Source: Acidobacteriota bacterium (GTDB taxonomy: Bacteria > Acidobacteriota > UBA4820 > DSQY01). Taken from it: DNA of 56,550 nt. The position numbers and the translations under genes were made by a program. The stretch lies in the NCBI GenBank assembly GCA_037443845.1, contig JBBINO010000005.1, positions 1-56,550 on the forward strand, in the 5' to 3' direction. Shown here one piece after another: positions 48,394 through 56,550 of the stretch; the first letter of the stretch is position 1, and every line of letters starts with the position of its first letter. A model generated the notes under the pieces. It searched no databases. It was given only the letters and a program-made list of their open reading frames with translations, and was not told where the DNA came from.

Positions 48394-49864
48394 CGGCGCC
48401 CCCCTCCTCGCCCCCATCATACGCCCCGGCCTCCTCGGCGGCCTGGGAGAGGTCGAGGGCGTCCTCGGGCTCCGCGGCTTCCGCCTCGGCCTCGGGCTCG
48501 GCGGGGAGGCGGGCCGCGGCCTCGCGCACGTCCAGCTTGCCCGTCACCACGTCAGCCACGAGGCGCGTGCGGTATTCTCGGAGGAGGGAAATCTCTCGGT
48601 TGGCCTGAAGAATCGGAGCAGAACTACGTGCCAATCCGGAGGCAATTGCGTTAATGATTGCCGCCTGCTCAGGAAGAGACGGCACCACCATTTTCCACGA
48701 TCGAATGTGCCGCTGTGCAATCTTGGGCATGGTCCCGCTAGACCCACGTGCGTCTTGCTCAATCTGGCGACGTCCAACAGAACTGAGCAACTGATACATT
48801 GCGAAACGTGGAACCAAGGATTTGAGGTCTACGGCTAGCCTGTATATCAAGTCACAAAGCAATGTGCGTTCGCGAATGCCCTCTACAAGGCAGACGTCAC
48901 CGACGAGTTCCCGCGTGTTGGACCTCGTCAACAAGAGATCGCCGTCTCGAATTTCGAGGTTGCCTGGCACCTCAGAAGCTATAGGAATGGGCTTAATTGC
49001 CGTAGGGATGAAGTGCCCTCGCTTCACAGCCGATAGCGAAAGCACTGCCCACTGGCCAGGCACCAGGTCTCCCTCTGCTGCCACCGGACTCCACCCTTGT
49101 TCGATCTTCCGCAGACACCGCCCGAGGGGTGTTATGTCCCAATGCCCCGGCACATCGCGCAGCCACTCGACGCCGGAGGGTTTGTAAGCAGGGTAGGGCT
49201 TGCCGGTGCGGACGTCAATCTGGCCCGTGACGGCGCGGTGGATGAGGACCTGCTTCTGCTCCTCCAGGAGCTTTATCAGCTTCTGCTTCGCCCGGATCGC
49301 CCTCTGGATATTCCGGTCCACGTGGGTCAGGAAGCGCACGATCGCGGATTGTTCAATGGCAGGAGGCCGGGGAAAAGGTTCGGACTTCAGCAACTCCATG
49401 GGTATCCGCATCCGGTGCGCCAGAATTCCGTTGCCGATGCGGACCAGGCTCCGTTGAAACGGTTGTGTCTGGAAGTAAGCGTTTAGGTATCGCGGATTAT
49501 CTCTTTCTTCACGACGCGTTAGCACATAGTACACAGGACTCAGGCACCCAGTGTATTTGGACAAACCGACTGAGCCGATGATCACATTCATGCAATTCAC
49601 AACGATGTCGTTAGGCCGTACGATCTTGTATCGGGTAATGTCGTCGGACTTCTTGTTCCCGATGTTCCCCTTGTCCGCGTAGGGAATGACACCCCGGTCT
49701 CGCAACACGGACAGCACCTCGATTACTCGCAGATCGTCGTTTGTCTCTCCACGCTCTCGCAGGAGAGCGCCAAGCCGCCGTACTTCCCAGTGTTGTGGTA
49801 GATTCCCCAGCCACGGCACGCCGGAGTCCTTGTACGCGGGATAGGGGTTGAGGTTGTAGCTCAT
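48377..49864 (-). CDS. hsdS: Type I restriction-modification specificity subunit S
   Basis: Two repeats, YPAYKDSGVPWLG.LP.HW and YPAYKPSGVEWL.DVP.HW; P...EQ.AI motifs; AVTGQID/VVTGKLD; the TRDs are visibly AT-richer. Confidence 0.93.
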   Translation of the reverse strand: MSYNLNPYPAYKDSGVPWLGNLPQHWEVRRLGALLRERGETNDDLRVIEVLSVLRDRGVIPYADKGNIGNKKSDDITRYKIVRPNDIVVNCMNVIIGSVGLSKYTGCLSPVYYVLTRREERDNPRYLNAYFQTQPFQRSLVRIGNGILAHRMRIPMELLKSEPFPRPPAIEQSAIVRFLTHVDRNIQRAIRAKQKLIKLLEEQKQVLIHRAVTGQIDVRTGKPYPAYKPSGVEWLRDVPGHWDITPLGRCLRKIEQGWSPVAAEGDLVPGQWAVLSLSAVKRGHFIPTAIKPIPIASEVPGNLEIRDGDLLLTRSNTRELVGDVCLVEGIRERTLLCDLIYRLAVDLKSLVPRFAMYQLLSSVGRRQIEQDARGSSGTMPKIAQRHIRSWKMVVPSLPEQAAIINAIASGLARSSAPILQANREISLLREYRTRLVADVVTGKLDVREAAARLPAEPEAEAEAAEPEDALDLSQAAEEAGAYDGGEEGGADADEA

Positions 49865-50898
49865 CCCGGGGCTTTCTTCTTTTTCTTACGGGGCTTGGAT
49901 ATCGGCAAGGCCTTGATGCTCTTTTCAAAATCGTCAGGCCGCGCGGCGTTTTCGGCAAGGCGCTGGCGATGGAAAGCCTCGTATTCTTGTTCGGCATGGC
50001 TTATCGCCAGCTCATGGGTGATCTTTCCCGCGTCGGTGAGAATGCCGCGCTCGTTGAGGCGGAGGAAGCCATCGAGCTTCGTGATCCAATCGCGCATGCG
50101 CATGGGAATGCGCCGCATCGCCTGCCCTTCGGCGAAGATAAGATACTGTTCCACAAGGTTATTCAGCGCGGCCAGTTCTGGTTCGGACAGGTAATTCTTG
50201 GCGATGGCCACATCTTCCTTGCGCACTTTAGCGCCGCGCCAGTTGGTCAGGCCCATGTTGGGCTGGGAGCTGTCCGCGCGAGTGCGAATGATCTCGGCGG
50301 CGGTCTGCCCCGTGATGGCCCAGTGCATCTTGTTTTGCACGGTCTTGAAGAAAGCGATGCTTGCCTCGGCGGTGGCGTCGTAGTCAATGCTCGTGGCGTA
50401 GATGTCGGTGACCTTCTGGTAGAAGCGGCGTTCCGAGGTACGAATGTCCTGGATGCGTCGCAAGAGTTCGTCGAAGTAATCGAACGGGAGGTCGGGGTTC
50501 TTCAGCCGTTCGTCATCCAGGACGAAGCCCTTGACCATGTATTCTCGCAGGCGTCTGGTAGCCCAGATGCGAAACTGCGTGGCGACGCGGGACTTGACCC
50601 GGTAGCCCACGGAGATGATGGCGTCGAGGTTGTAAAAGTCGAGCCTGCGCTGGACATCTCGGCTGCCCTCGCGGCGAACCGACAAGAATTCCTTGTGAGT
50701 TGCCTCCGGGGTCAATTCTCCTTCGTCGTAGATGTTCCGGAGGTGAAGGCTGATATTCTGCTTGGTGGTTTGAAACAGTTCCGCCATCTGCTGTTGCGTC
50801 AGCCAGACGGTTTCGTCCTCGAAGCGAACATCTATCTTGATGGCGCCATCCTCGGCCTGATAAATCAGGAGCTGCGATTCCTGGGGTAGATCGCTCAT
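49861..50898 (-). CDS. rhuM: RhuM-family (virulence RhuM) protein
   Basis: ETVWLTQQQMAELF, YNLDAIISVGYRVKS, GFVLDDERLK, RIQDIRTSERRFYQK, VQNKMHWA, AKNYL. Confidence 0.9.
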   Translation of the reverse strand: MSDLPQESQLLIYQAEDGAIKIDVRFEDETVWLTQQQMAELFQTTKQNISLHLRNIYDEGELTPEATHKEFLSVRREGSRDVQRRLDFYNLDAIISVGYRVKSRVATQFRIWATRRLREYMVKGFVLDDERLKNPDLPFDYFDELLRRIQDIRTSERRFYQKVTDIYATSIDYDATAEASIAFFKTVQNKMHWAITGQTAAEIIRTRADSSQPNMGLTNWRGAKVRKEDVAIAKNYLSEPELAALNNLVEQYLIFAEGQAMRRIPMRMRDWITKLDGFLRLNERGILTDAGKITHELAISHAEQEYEAFHRQRLAENAARPDDFEKSIKALPISKPRKKKKKAPG

Positions 50899-52904
50899 GC
50901 CTTCTCCCCTTCGCGTGAGAGACCAACGATCTGGTCCAGCAGTCCCTCGCTCTCCTTCTCCAGGGCCAGAATGTCGGCGCGGATATCTTCGAGGGTTCGC
51001 AGGGGCTGGGGCTTGTAGAAGTACCGGTTGAAGTTGATCTCGTAGCCGACCTTGGTGGCGCCCTCGTCAATCCAGGCGTCGGGGGCGTAGGGCAGGACCT
51101 CGCGGCGGATGAACGCCTCGACACCGCCCTCCTCAAGGAGCGGGACCTGTTCAGTGTCACGCAGGTCCGTGTCGGGCTCGTACTCCACGACGCACTTCTT
51201 GCCGCAGATGGTCGCCTCGAACAGGCCGCGAATGGGATCGGGCTCGACCTTGCCTGCCTTGTGGAACTTCCTGATGACGGGAGGGGCAGTCTCGTCCCTC
51301 TCGGCCTTCTCCTTGAGCGCCTTGATCTCCTTCGGCGAATACGCGCAGGTTGGGTCGATGCCCTTGAGCCGCAGTGGCCGCTCGACGGTGACCTTCCAAT
51401 AGCCGAAGGCGGCGTTGGGAAAGATCTTGGACTCCGCCGTTTCCTCGAAGGCCTGGAAGGTATCGGAGATGCGCCGGATGTCCTCCTCGGCAAGCTCGCA
51501 GTTCTTCTTTCCCAGATTCTTGCGCAGCGGCTTGAACCAGGCCGTGGCATCTATGAGCTGGACCTTGCCCTTGCGGTGGGCGGGCTTCCGGTTCGTCAGC
51601 ACCCAGATGTAGGTGGCGATGCCGGTGTTGTAGAACATGTTCAGCGGCAGGGCCACGATGGCTTCCAGCCAATCGTTCTCGAGAATCCAGCGACGGATGT
51701 TGCTCTCCCCTTGCCCCGCGTCGCCGGTGAAGAGGGAGGAGCCGTTGTGGACCTCCGCGATGCGGCTGCCCAGCGTGGTGCCGTGCTTCATCTTGCTGAG
51801 CATGTTGGCCAGGAACATGAGCTGGCCGTCGCTGGAGCGGGTGAAGAGGCTGAACTCGGGATTGCCGTTGTGCTGGAGGATGAAGCGGGGGTCGCGGATC
51901 TCCCCCTTGCCGCCCATGCGCTCCAGGTCGGTTTTCCAGCTCTTGCCGTAGGGCGGGTTGGACAGCATGAAGTCGAACTCACGGGCCGGGAAGCCATCCT
52001 GGGAAAGCGTGGAGCCCATGCGGAAGTTCTCGGCTTCCTCCCCCTCGCCCTTGAGGAGAAGGTCGGCTTTGGTGATGGCGTAGGTCTCGGGGTTGATCTC
52101 CTGCCCGAAGAGGTGGACGGCGACCTCCTTGCCGCGCTCCTCCCCGAGAGCCTTGAGGCGCTCCTCCGCAACGGTCAGCATCCCCCCCGTGCCGCAGGCG
52201 CCGTCGTAGACGAGGTAGGTTCCCGAGGCGATCTGGCCGGCGACGGGAAGAAAGACCAGGTCGGCCATGAGTTTGACCACGTCCCTCGGCGTGAAGTGCT
52301 CCCCGGCCTCCTCGTTATTCTCCTCGTTGAAGCGGCGGATCAGCTCCTCGAAGAGGGTACCCATGCCGTGGTTGTCCAGGGCGGGCAGGCGGACGTTGCC
52401 GTCCGAGTCGTAGACGGGGTTGGGGCTGAGGTTGATGTCGGGGGAGAGGAACTTCTCGATGAGGGAGCCCAAGATGTCGGCGTCCACCAGCGTGGGGATC
52501 TGGTTGCGGACCTTGAACTTGTCGAGGATCTCCTGGACGTTGGCGGAGAAGCCGTCCAGGTAGGCTTCGAAGTCGGCCTTGAGCTGTTGCTGCTTGGCCC
52601 GGGCCTTGAGATCCCTTAGGGTGAAGGGAGAGGCGTTGTGGAAGGCCTGCCCGGCGGCCTGGCGAAGGGCCGCCTCCTGGTTTGTGATCCCGGCCTTATC
52701 GAGGCGGGCTTTCATGTCCAAGGTAGCCTGCTTGGTGGGCTCCAGGACGGCGTCCAGGCGGCGGATCACCGTCATGGGCAGGATCACGTCCCGGTACTTG
52801 CCCCGCACGTACACGTCCCGAAGGACGTCGTCCGCGATCCCCCAGATGAAGTTCGCGATCCAGTTGAGGTTGCTGCTATCCAACTTAGAGGCTCCCCCGT
52901 TCAT
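50895..52904 (-). CDS. hsdM: Type I restriction-modification N6-adenine methyltransferase subunit M
   Basis: GEHFTPRDVV, YDGACGTGGML, SNPPYG, FYNTGIATY. Confidence 0.96.
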   Translation of the reverse strand: MNGGASKLDSSNLNWIANFIWGIADDVLRDVYVRGKYRDVILPMTVIRRLDAVLEPTKQATLDMKARLDKAGITNQEAALRQAAGQAFHNASPFTLRDLKARAKQQQLKADFEAYLDGFSANVQEILDKFKVRNQIPTLVDADILGSLIEKFLSPDINLSPNPVYDSDGNVRLPALDNHGMGTLFEELIRRFNEENNEEAGEHFTPRDVVKLMADLVFLPVAGQIASGTYLVYDGACGTGGMLTVAEERLKALGEERGKEVAVHLFGQEINPETYAITKADLLLKGEGEEAENFRMGSTLSQDGFPAREFDFMLSNPPYGKSWKTDLERMGGKGEIRDPRFILQHNGNPEFSLFTRSSDGQLMFLANMLSKMKHGTTLGSRIAEVHNGSSLFTGDAGQGESNIRRWILENDWLEAIVALPLNMFYNTGIATYIWVLTNRKPAHRKGKVQLIDATAWFKPLRKNLGKKNCELAEEDIRRISDTFQAFEETAESKIFPNAAFGYWKVTVERPLRLKGIDPTCAYSPKEIKALKEKAERDETAPPVIRKFHKAGKVEPDPIRGLFEATICGKKCVVEYEPDTDLRDTEQVPLLEEGGVEAFIRREVLPYAPDAWIDEGATKVGYEINFNRYFYKPQPLRTLEDIRADILALEKESEGLLDQIVGLSREGEKA

Positions 52905-53462
52905 CCTTTGAGTCTCTCACGGCATTCTTATGACACGGGCACGCAGAATCCCTAGCCTTTCCTTCTCGCTCTTGGTCCCCCCATCTGGTCCAGCAATCAC
53001 CCCTCCCAATGGGCGCACCCTCTCTACATGGCGCAATTATATACCCCATCAAGGGTCTTTAATCAACGCTCTGTTACGGGTGTACTCAGCAAGAAACACC
53101 GTTCCGAATGCGCCAAAAGGGGAACCTGATCGTTTCTGAAGGCATGCTCCCTCCCCTTGGCGTCCTAACTGCGGGTGCTCCCTCTTCGGTCGCGCCCTCG
53201 TAACGGCTGCCAGCGGGTCTCCCGCCCTTCGAAGCCTGTTGCTTTTGACAGCAGATGCCGTTTTGCCACTTTCAAACTTGCACTTTTGTTGCAGTTGCTG
53301 GAAAGGGGAGTCACGCGGAGAAGCAATCTTTTCAGGTTGGAGCGAAGGTGGAAAGTTCAAAGTGATCCGGAGAGACCGGGGCAACCCATTTGGCCCCGTT
53401 GACCTGGGTAGACACGGGCAACCTGGTTCAACCGGCAGGTGGCCTAGAACTGTCATGGCTTG

Positions 53463-53489
53463 CAATTTTGCATTTCAAATGCAATATTG
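53463..53489. promoter_or_regulatory. Palindromic operator-like site upstream of ATPase 1
   Basis: caattTTGCATTT-c-AAATGCAAtattg: a 27-bp inverted repeat with one mismatch, directly before the GGGAGG RBS. Confidence 0.6.
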
Positions 53490-53507
53490 TATGAGGGAGG
53501 CGCGCCG

Positions 53508-54725
53508 ATGTCCTACTTAAAGAGGTCGCTCGAACCGATCGTGACGAAGGCCGCACGGGAGTTTCCGTCCGTAGTGATTACGGGCCCCAGGCAATCGGGA
53601 AAGACCACCCTCTTGAAGCATCTTTTCGCCAACAGGCTCGACTTGGTTTCCCTTGAACCTCCCGACGTTCGGGCTGCGGCCGCATCGGATCCACGAGGGT
53701 TCCTCGATCTCCATCCGGCGCCCGTCATCTTCGACGAGGTCCAGCACGCCCCTGGGCTCCTCCCCTATATCAAGGAGAGGATTGATGCCCGGCGGGCTAA
53801 GCCCGGCCAGTATCTCCTCACGGGGTCTCAGAACCTCCAGCTTGTGCAGGGCGTCACGGAATCCCTCGCGGGCCGCACGGCCGTTCTTCGGCTTCTGCCT
53901 ATGACGGAGAGGGAACTGGCCATGAGCCCCAGCGCGCCTCTCCCATGGGAGCGCAAGGGAATTCCGCGTCCCATCCCAGCTCGCTCTCCCCAACAATTGT
54001 GGACAAGATTCCTCCGAGGCTACTACCCGGAACCGGCCACATCTCCGCGCAAGGACGCGGCCCTCTGGCAGGCCGGATATGTCCAGACCTACCTTGAACG
54101 CGACGTGCGGTCGGTGCGGCAGGTAGGGGATCTCAGCCAGTTTCAGGCTTTCCTCCGGCTTCTGGCGGCGCGTAGCGCCCAACTGTTGGACCTGTCGGGA
54201 CTCTCCCGCGATCTTGGCGTGGCGGTCAACACGGTCAAAGCCTGGCTTTCGGTGCTTGAAGCGACTTATCAGGTCATCGTGCTCAGACCCTATTTTTCTA
54301 ATACGGGCAAGCGGCTCGTCAAAACTCCAAAGGTCTATTTCATGGACGTGGGGACGCTGTGCTATCTGGCTGGCCTGAAAGACCCGATGCATGCCATGGC
54401 TGGACCGATGGGAGGGGCGATCTTCGAGACAGTGGTGATCGGCGAGGTCTACCGGACGCTCGCCCACAGGGGCATCGAGCCCAGGCTTTACTTCTGGCGC
54501 ACCGCGATGGGAACGGAAGTGGACCTCATCGTCGAAACGGACTCGGGCCTTGTTCCCGTTGAAGTGAAACTGGGTGCCACACCCAGCCCTTCTATGGCCA
54601 AGGGGATCGAAGCCTTCCGCAAAGACCATGGCGGCCGGGCAGAGAGGGGATTGGTGATTCATTCCGGGGCGGAAGTGCTTCCCCTCGGCCCATCCGTTCT
54701 CGCCTGGCCATTTTCCGCTCTTTGA
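53508..54725 (+). CDS. AAA+ ATPase, COG1373 / AAA_14 + DUF4143 type, with a PD-(D/E)xK-like C-terminus
   Basis: GPRQSGKT, FDEVQH, LTGSQ, ESLAGR, YLERDV, KTPKVYFMDVG, YFWRT..G.EVDL...PVEVK. Confidence 0.9.
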   Translation: MSYLKRSLEPIVTKAAREFPSVVITGPRQSGKTTLLKHLFANRLDLVSLEPPDVRAAAASDPRGFLDLHPAPVIFDEVQHAPGLLPYIKERIDARRAKPGQYLLTGSQNLQLVQGVTESLAGRTAVLRLLPMTERELAMSPSAPLPWERKGIPRPIPARSPQQLWTRFLRGYYPEPATSPRKDAALWQAGYVQTYLERDVRSVRQVGDLSQFQAFLRLLAARSAQLLDLSGLSRDLGVAVNTVKAWLSVLEATYQVIVLRPYFSNTGKRLVKTPKVYFMDVGTLCYLAGLKDPMHAMAGPMGGAIFETVVIGEVYRTLAHRGIEPRLYFWRTAMGTEVDLIVETDSGLVPVEVKLGATPSPSMAKGIEAFRKDHGGRAERGLVIHSGAEVLPLGPSVLAWPFSAL

Positions 54726-54823
54726 GCCGGCTGATCCGCGTGGTTCCAATTCATTGAACGCCCCAAGGCAGAGACCCGTTTCCGGATGCAGGAGCGCGCA
54801 GGGGCGCCCACTTCTTGATGAAT

Positions 54824-54912
54824 GGCCGAGTTACGGGCTTTGCCCCCACGTATTTTCTTTATGCGAAGGGCGACTTCGAAGAAGGGGTGGGTGGGCAGCG
54901 AGGCCGAAGCCG
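54824..54912 (+). repeat. 89-bp direct repeat, copy 1
   Basis: ggccgagttacgggctttgccc...cagcgaggccgaagccg; 86/89 identical to 56330..56418. Confidence 0.93.
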
Positions 54913-55050
54913 CAGGACTTCCCTCGAACCGATCCCTCTGCGGTGGGCTTTGCCCAGCCGAGAATTGGAGCGGGAGGGGAAACCCCTCCCGCCCGAGTAT
55001 GCGGAGCCTCCTGCCTGGTTTCAGTTTCAGCGCGGGCGAGGGCGCTTGAT

Positions 55051-55091
55051 TATCTCAAGGTAATGAGATATATTACTCAATACGTTGAGTA
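55051..55091. promoter_or_regulatory. Two adjacent palindromes upstream of ATPase 2
   Basis: TATCTCA-N6-TGAGATA (55051-55070) and TACTCAA-N4-TTGAGTA (55074-55091), in an AT-rich patch before GAGGAG and ATG 55117. Confidence 0.55.
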
Positions 55092-55116
55092 TTATTGCTC
55101 GGCGTGAGGAGCCACG

Positions 55117-56316
55117 ATGAAAACTTTTGAGCGGGACACTTGCGGTGTCTTGAAGAAGAGGCTGACGGAAACGCGCCGGTTTATCCAGGTCATCACCGGT
55201 CCCCGCCAGGTTGGCAAGACGATTCTCTCTCTTCAGCTCAAGGAGCGGTTCAAAGGGAGAACGCTCTATGCATCCGCCGACGAACCTACCCTGAAGGACG
55301 CGGCCTGGATCGCCGCCGTTTGGGAGAACGCTCGCAGGCTCGCAAGAGAAGGTGGCCGCGGGGCGAACGTCCTCCTCACTCTGGACGAGATACAAAAAGT
55401 CCCCTACTGGCATGAAACCGTGAAGCGGCTGTGGGACGAGGACACGCGATCGGGGCTGCCACTTAAGGTCGTTCTTCTTGGCTCCTCGCAGCTCATGCTT
55501 CAACGGGGCCTCTCCGAGAGTTTGGCCGGGCGCTTCGAGGTGACGAAGCTCGGTCACTGGTCATTGGGAGAGATGAAGGCCGCCTTCGGATGGGACTTGG
55601 AGAAATACCTCTACTTTGGTGGGTACCCAGGCAGTCATGCCCTGATAAAAGACCCTGCAAGATGGAGAAGCTATATACTCGAATCCCTGATTGAGACGGC
55701 CATCTCACGCGACATCCTGCTGCTTGCAAGAGTGGACAAGCCTGCTTTGTTGAGGCGCCTCTTCTTTCTCTGTTGCGAGTCGTCCGGGCAGATCCTCTCC
55801 TACCAGAAGATGGTCGGGCAGCTTCAAGACGCCGGGAACACCACCACGCTGGCCCACTATTTGGACCTGCTGGGCGGGGCGGGCTTGGTGGCGGGGCTTC
55901 CGAAGTTCTCTCCCAACCGGCCCCGGCTCAGGGCATCGAGTCCCAAGATACAGGTTCTCAACAATGCGCTCATGACCGCGCCCCTTCAGATTGCCCTCGA
56001 AGAGATGCGCAAGACGCCGGCGGTATGGGGAAGACTCGTGGAATCGGCCGTTGGTGCTCATATCGCCAACAGCGCGCAACAGTGTGGCGCGGCCGTCTAT
56101 TATTGGCGCGAAGGTGCGTTTGAAGTCGACTTTGTCCTTCAGCTCGGCCACTCGGTAACGGCAATTGAAGTCAAAAGCGGCCTGAAAAAGCAATCCCTGC
56201 CAGGCATGAGCCTCTTCTACAAAGCCCACCCCAAGGCAAGGATGCTCGTGGTGGGGGAGGGAGGCCTTCCGCTGGAGGAGTTTCTTTCAGATCCCATCAG
56301 CCATTGGGTGGGTTGA
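55117..56316 (+). CDS. AAA+ ATPase, COG1373 / AAA_14 + DUF4143 type
   Basis: GPRQVGKT, LDEIQK, LGSS, ESLAGRF, GGYP, YYWREG..EVDFV...AIEVKSG. Confidence 0.9.
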   Translation: MKTFERDTCGVLKKRLTETRRFIQVITGPRQVGKTILSLQLKERFKGRTLYASADEPTLKDAAWIAAVWENARRLAREGGRGANVLLTLDEIQKVPYWHETVKRLWDEDTRSGLPLKVVLLGSSQLMLQRGLSESLAGRFEVTKLGHWSLGEMKAAFGWDLEKYLYFGGYPGSHALIKDPARWRSYILESLIETAISRDILLLARVDKPALLRRLFFLCCESSGQILSYQKMVGQLQDAGNTTTLAHYLDLLGGAGLVAGLPKFSPNRPRLRASSPKIQVLNNALMTAPLQIALEEMRKTPAVWGRLVESAVGAHIANSAQQCGAAVYYWREGAFEVDFVLQLGHSVTAIEVKSGLKKQSLPGMSLFYKAHPKARMLVVGEGGLPLEEFLSDPISHWVG

Positions 56317-56329
56317 TTTCCGTGTGAGA

Positions 56330-56418
56330 GGCCGAGTTACGGGCTTTGCCCGAACGTATTTTCTTTATGCGAAGGGCGTCTTCGAAGAAGGGGTGGGTGG
56401 GCAGCGAGGCCGAAGCCG
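56330..56418 (+). repeat. 89-bp direct repeat, copy 2
   Basis: Matches 54824..54912; lies 13 nt after the ATPase 2 stop and 37 nt from the tRNA 3' end. Confidence 0.93.
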
Positions 56419-56455
56419 AGCGCCTAGGGGGGACGGCGCCCCCCTTGGGTTCATT

Positions 56456-56545
56456 TGGCGGAGAGACGGGGATTCGAACCCCGGTTACCCTTTCGGGTAA
56501 ACACGCTTTCCAAGCGTGCTCCTTCGGCCACTCGGACATCTCTCC
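56456..56545 (-). tRNA. tRNA-Ser (anticodon GGA)
   Basis: Reverse complement reads GGAGAGATGTCCGAGTGGCCGAAGGAG-CACGC-TTGGAAA-GCGTG, then a long variable arm, GGTTCGAATCC and ...TCTCTCCGCCA. Confidence 0.98.
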
Positions 56546-56550
56546 GCGGC

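Larger units (their letters stand above)
44318..56418. mobile_element. Probable tRNA-adjacent defence island (no integrase or att duplicate seen)
   Basis: Type I RM, RhuM, RhuM-Fic and two DUF4143-type ATPases abut the 3' end of tRNA-Ser. Confidence 0.45.

Noticed and set aside
26444-52619. Long antisense or alternative-frame ORFs (e.g. 28055..30340 +, 36421..38187 -, 41567..43132 -, 45074..46330 +, 51261..52619 +)
   Set aside because: They are shadows of well-supported genes in high-GC DNA and carry no recognisable motifs.
54824-56418. CRISPR array, or attL/attR, as the explanation for the 89-bp repeat
   Set aside because: There are only two copies, too long and 1.5 kb apart, with no cas genes. 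The repeat does not include the tRNA 3' end.
56297-56539. 80-aa ORF on the minus strand
   Set aside because: It overlaps tRNA-Ser and the non-coding repeat, so it is spurious.

Overview
GC-rich bacterial chromosomal segment from a diderm. The gene repertoire (sulfatase-like/TPR lipoprotein, tricorn protease, alpha-2-macroglobulin-pbpC, cdaA-cdaR-glmM-pdxJ) suggests Acidobacteriota or a relative; this is inference only. From left to right there are six blocks. (1) An extracellular-protein locus (1-15.1 kb): two giant, otherwise different Cys-rich secreted proteins, one an HExxH metallopeptidase, end in the same 120-aa C-terminal module. The two copies are about 93% identical at the nucleotide level and are followed by matching terminators at the same 12,092-bp offset. 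Between them lie a Thr-type sulfatase-like/TPR lipoprotein, a GT-C-like membrane protein and a possibly exported methyltransferase-fold protein. (2) A pseudo-receiver fused to an asparaginase whose catalytic motifs are in permuted order. (3) A polyphosphate locus: ppx, a tandem pair of thymidylate-kinase-like genes (PPK3-like) and a divergent porin. (4) Housekeeping cdaA-cdaR-glmM-pdxJ. (5) Tricorn protease, divergent from an operon of a 1,746-aa unknown protein, alpha-2-macroglobulin and pbpC. (6) A defence-type island beside tRNA-Ser(GGA): a type I RM operon interleaved with RhuM and RhuM-Fic/Doc, then two AAA+/DUF4143-type ATPases, each with palindromic upstream sites and each followed by an 89-bp direct repeat. 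All family assignments come from motifs recognised by eye; no searches were run.
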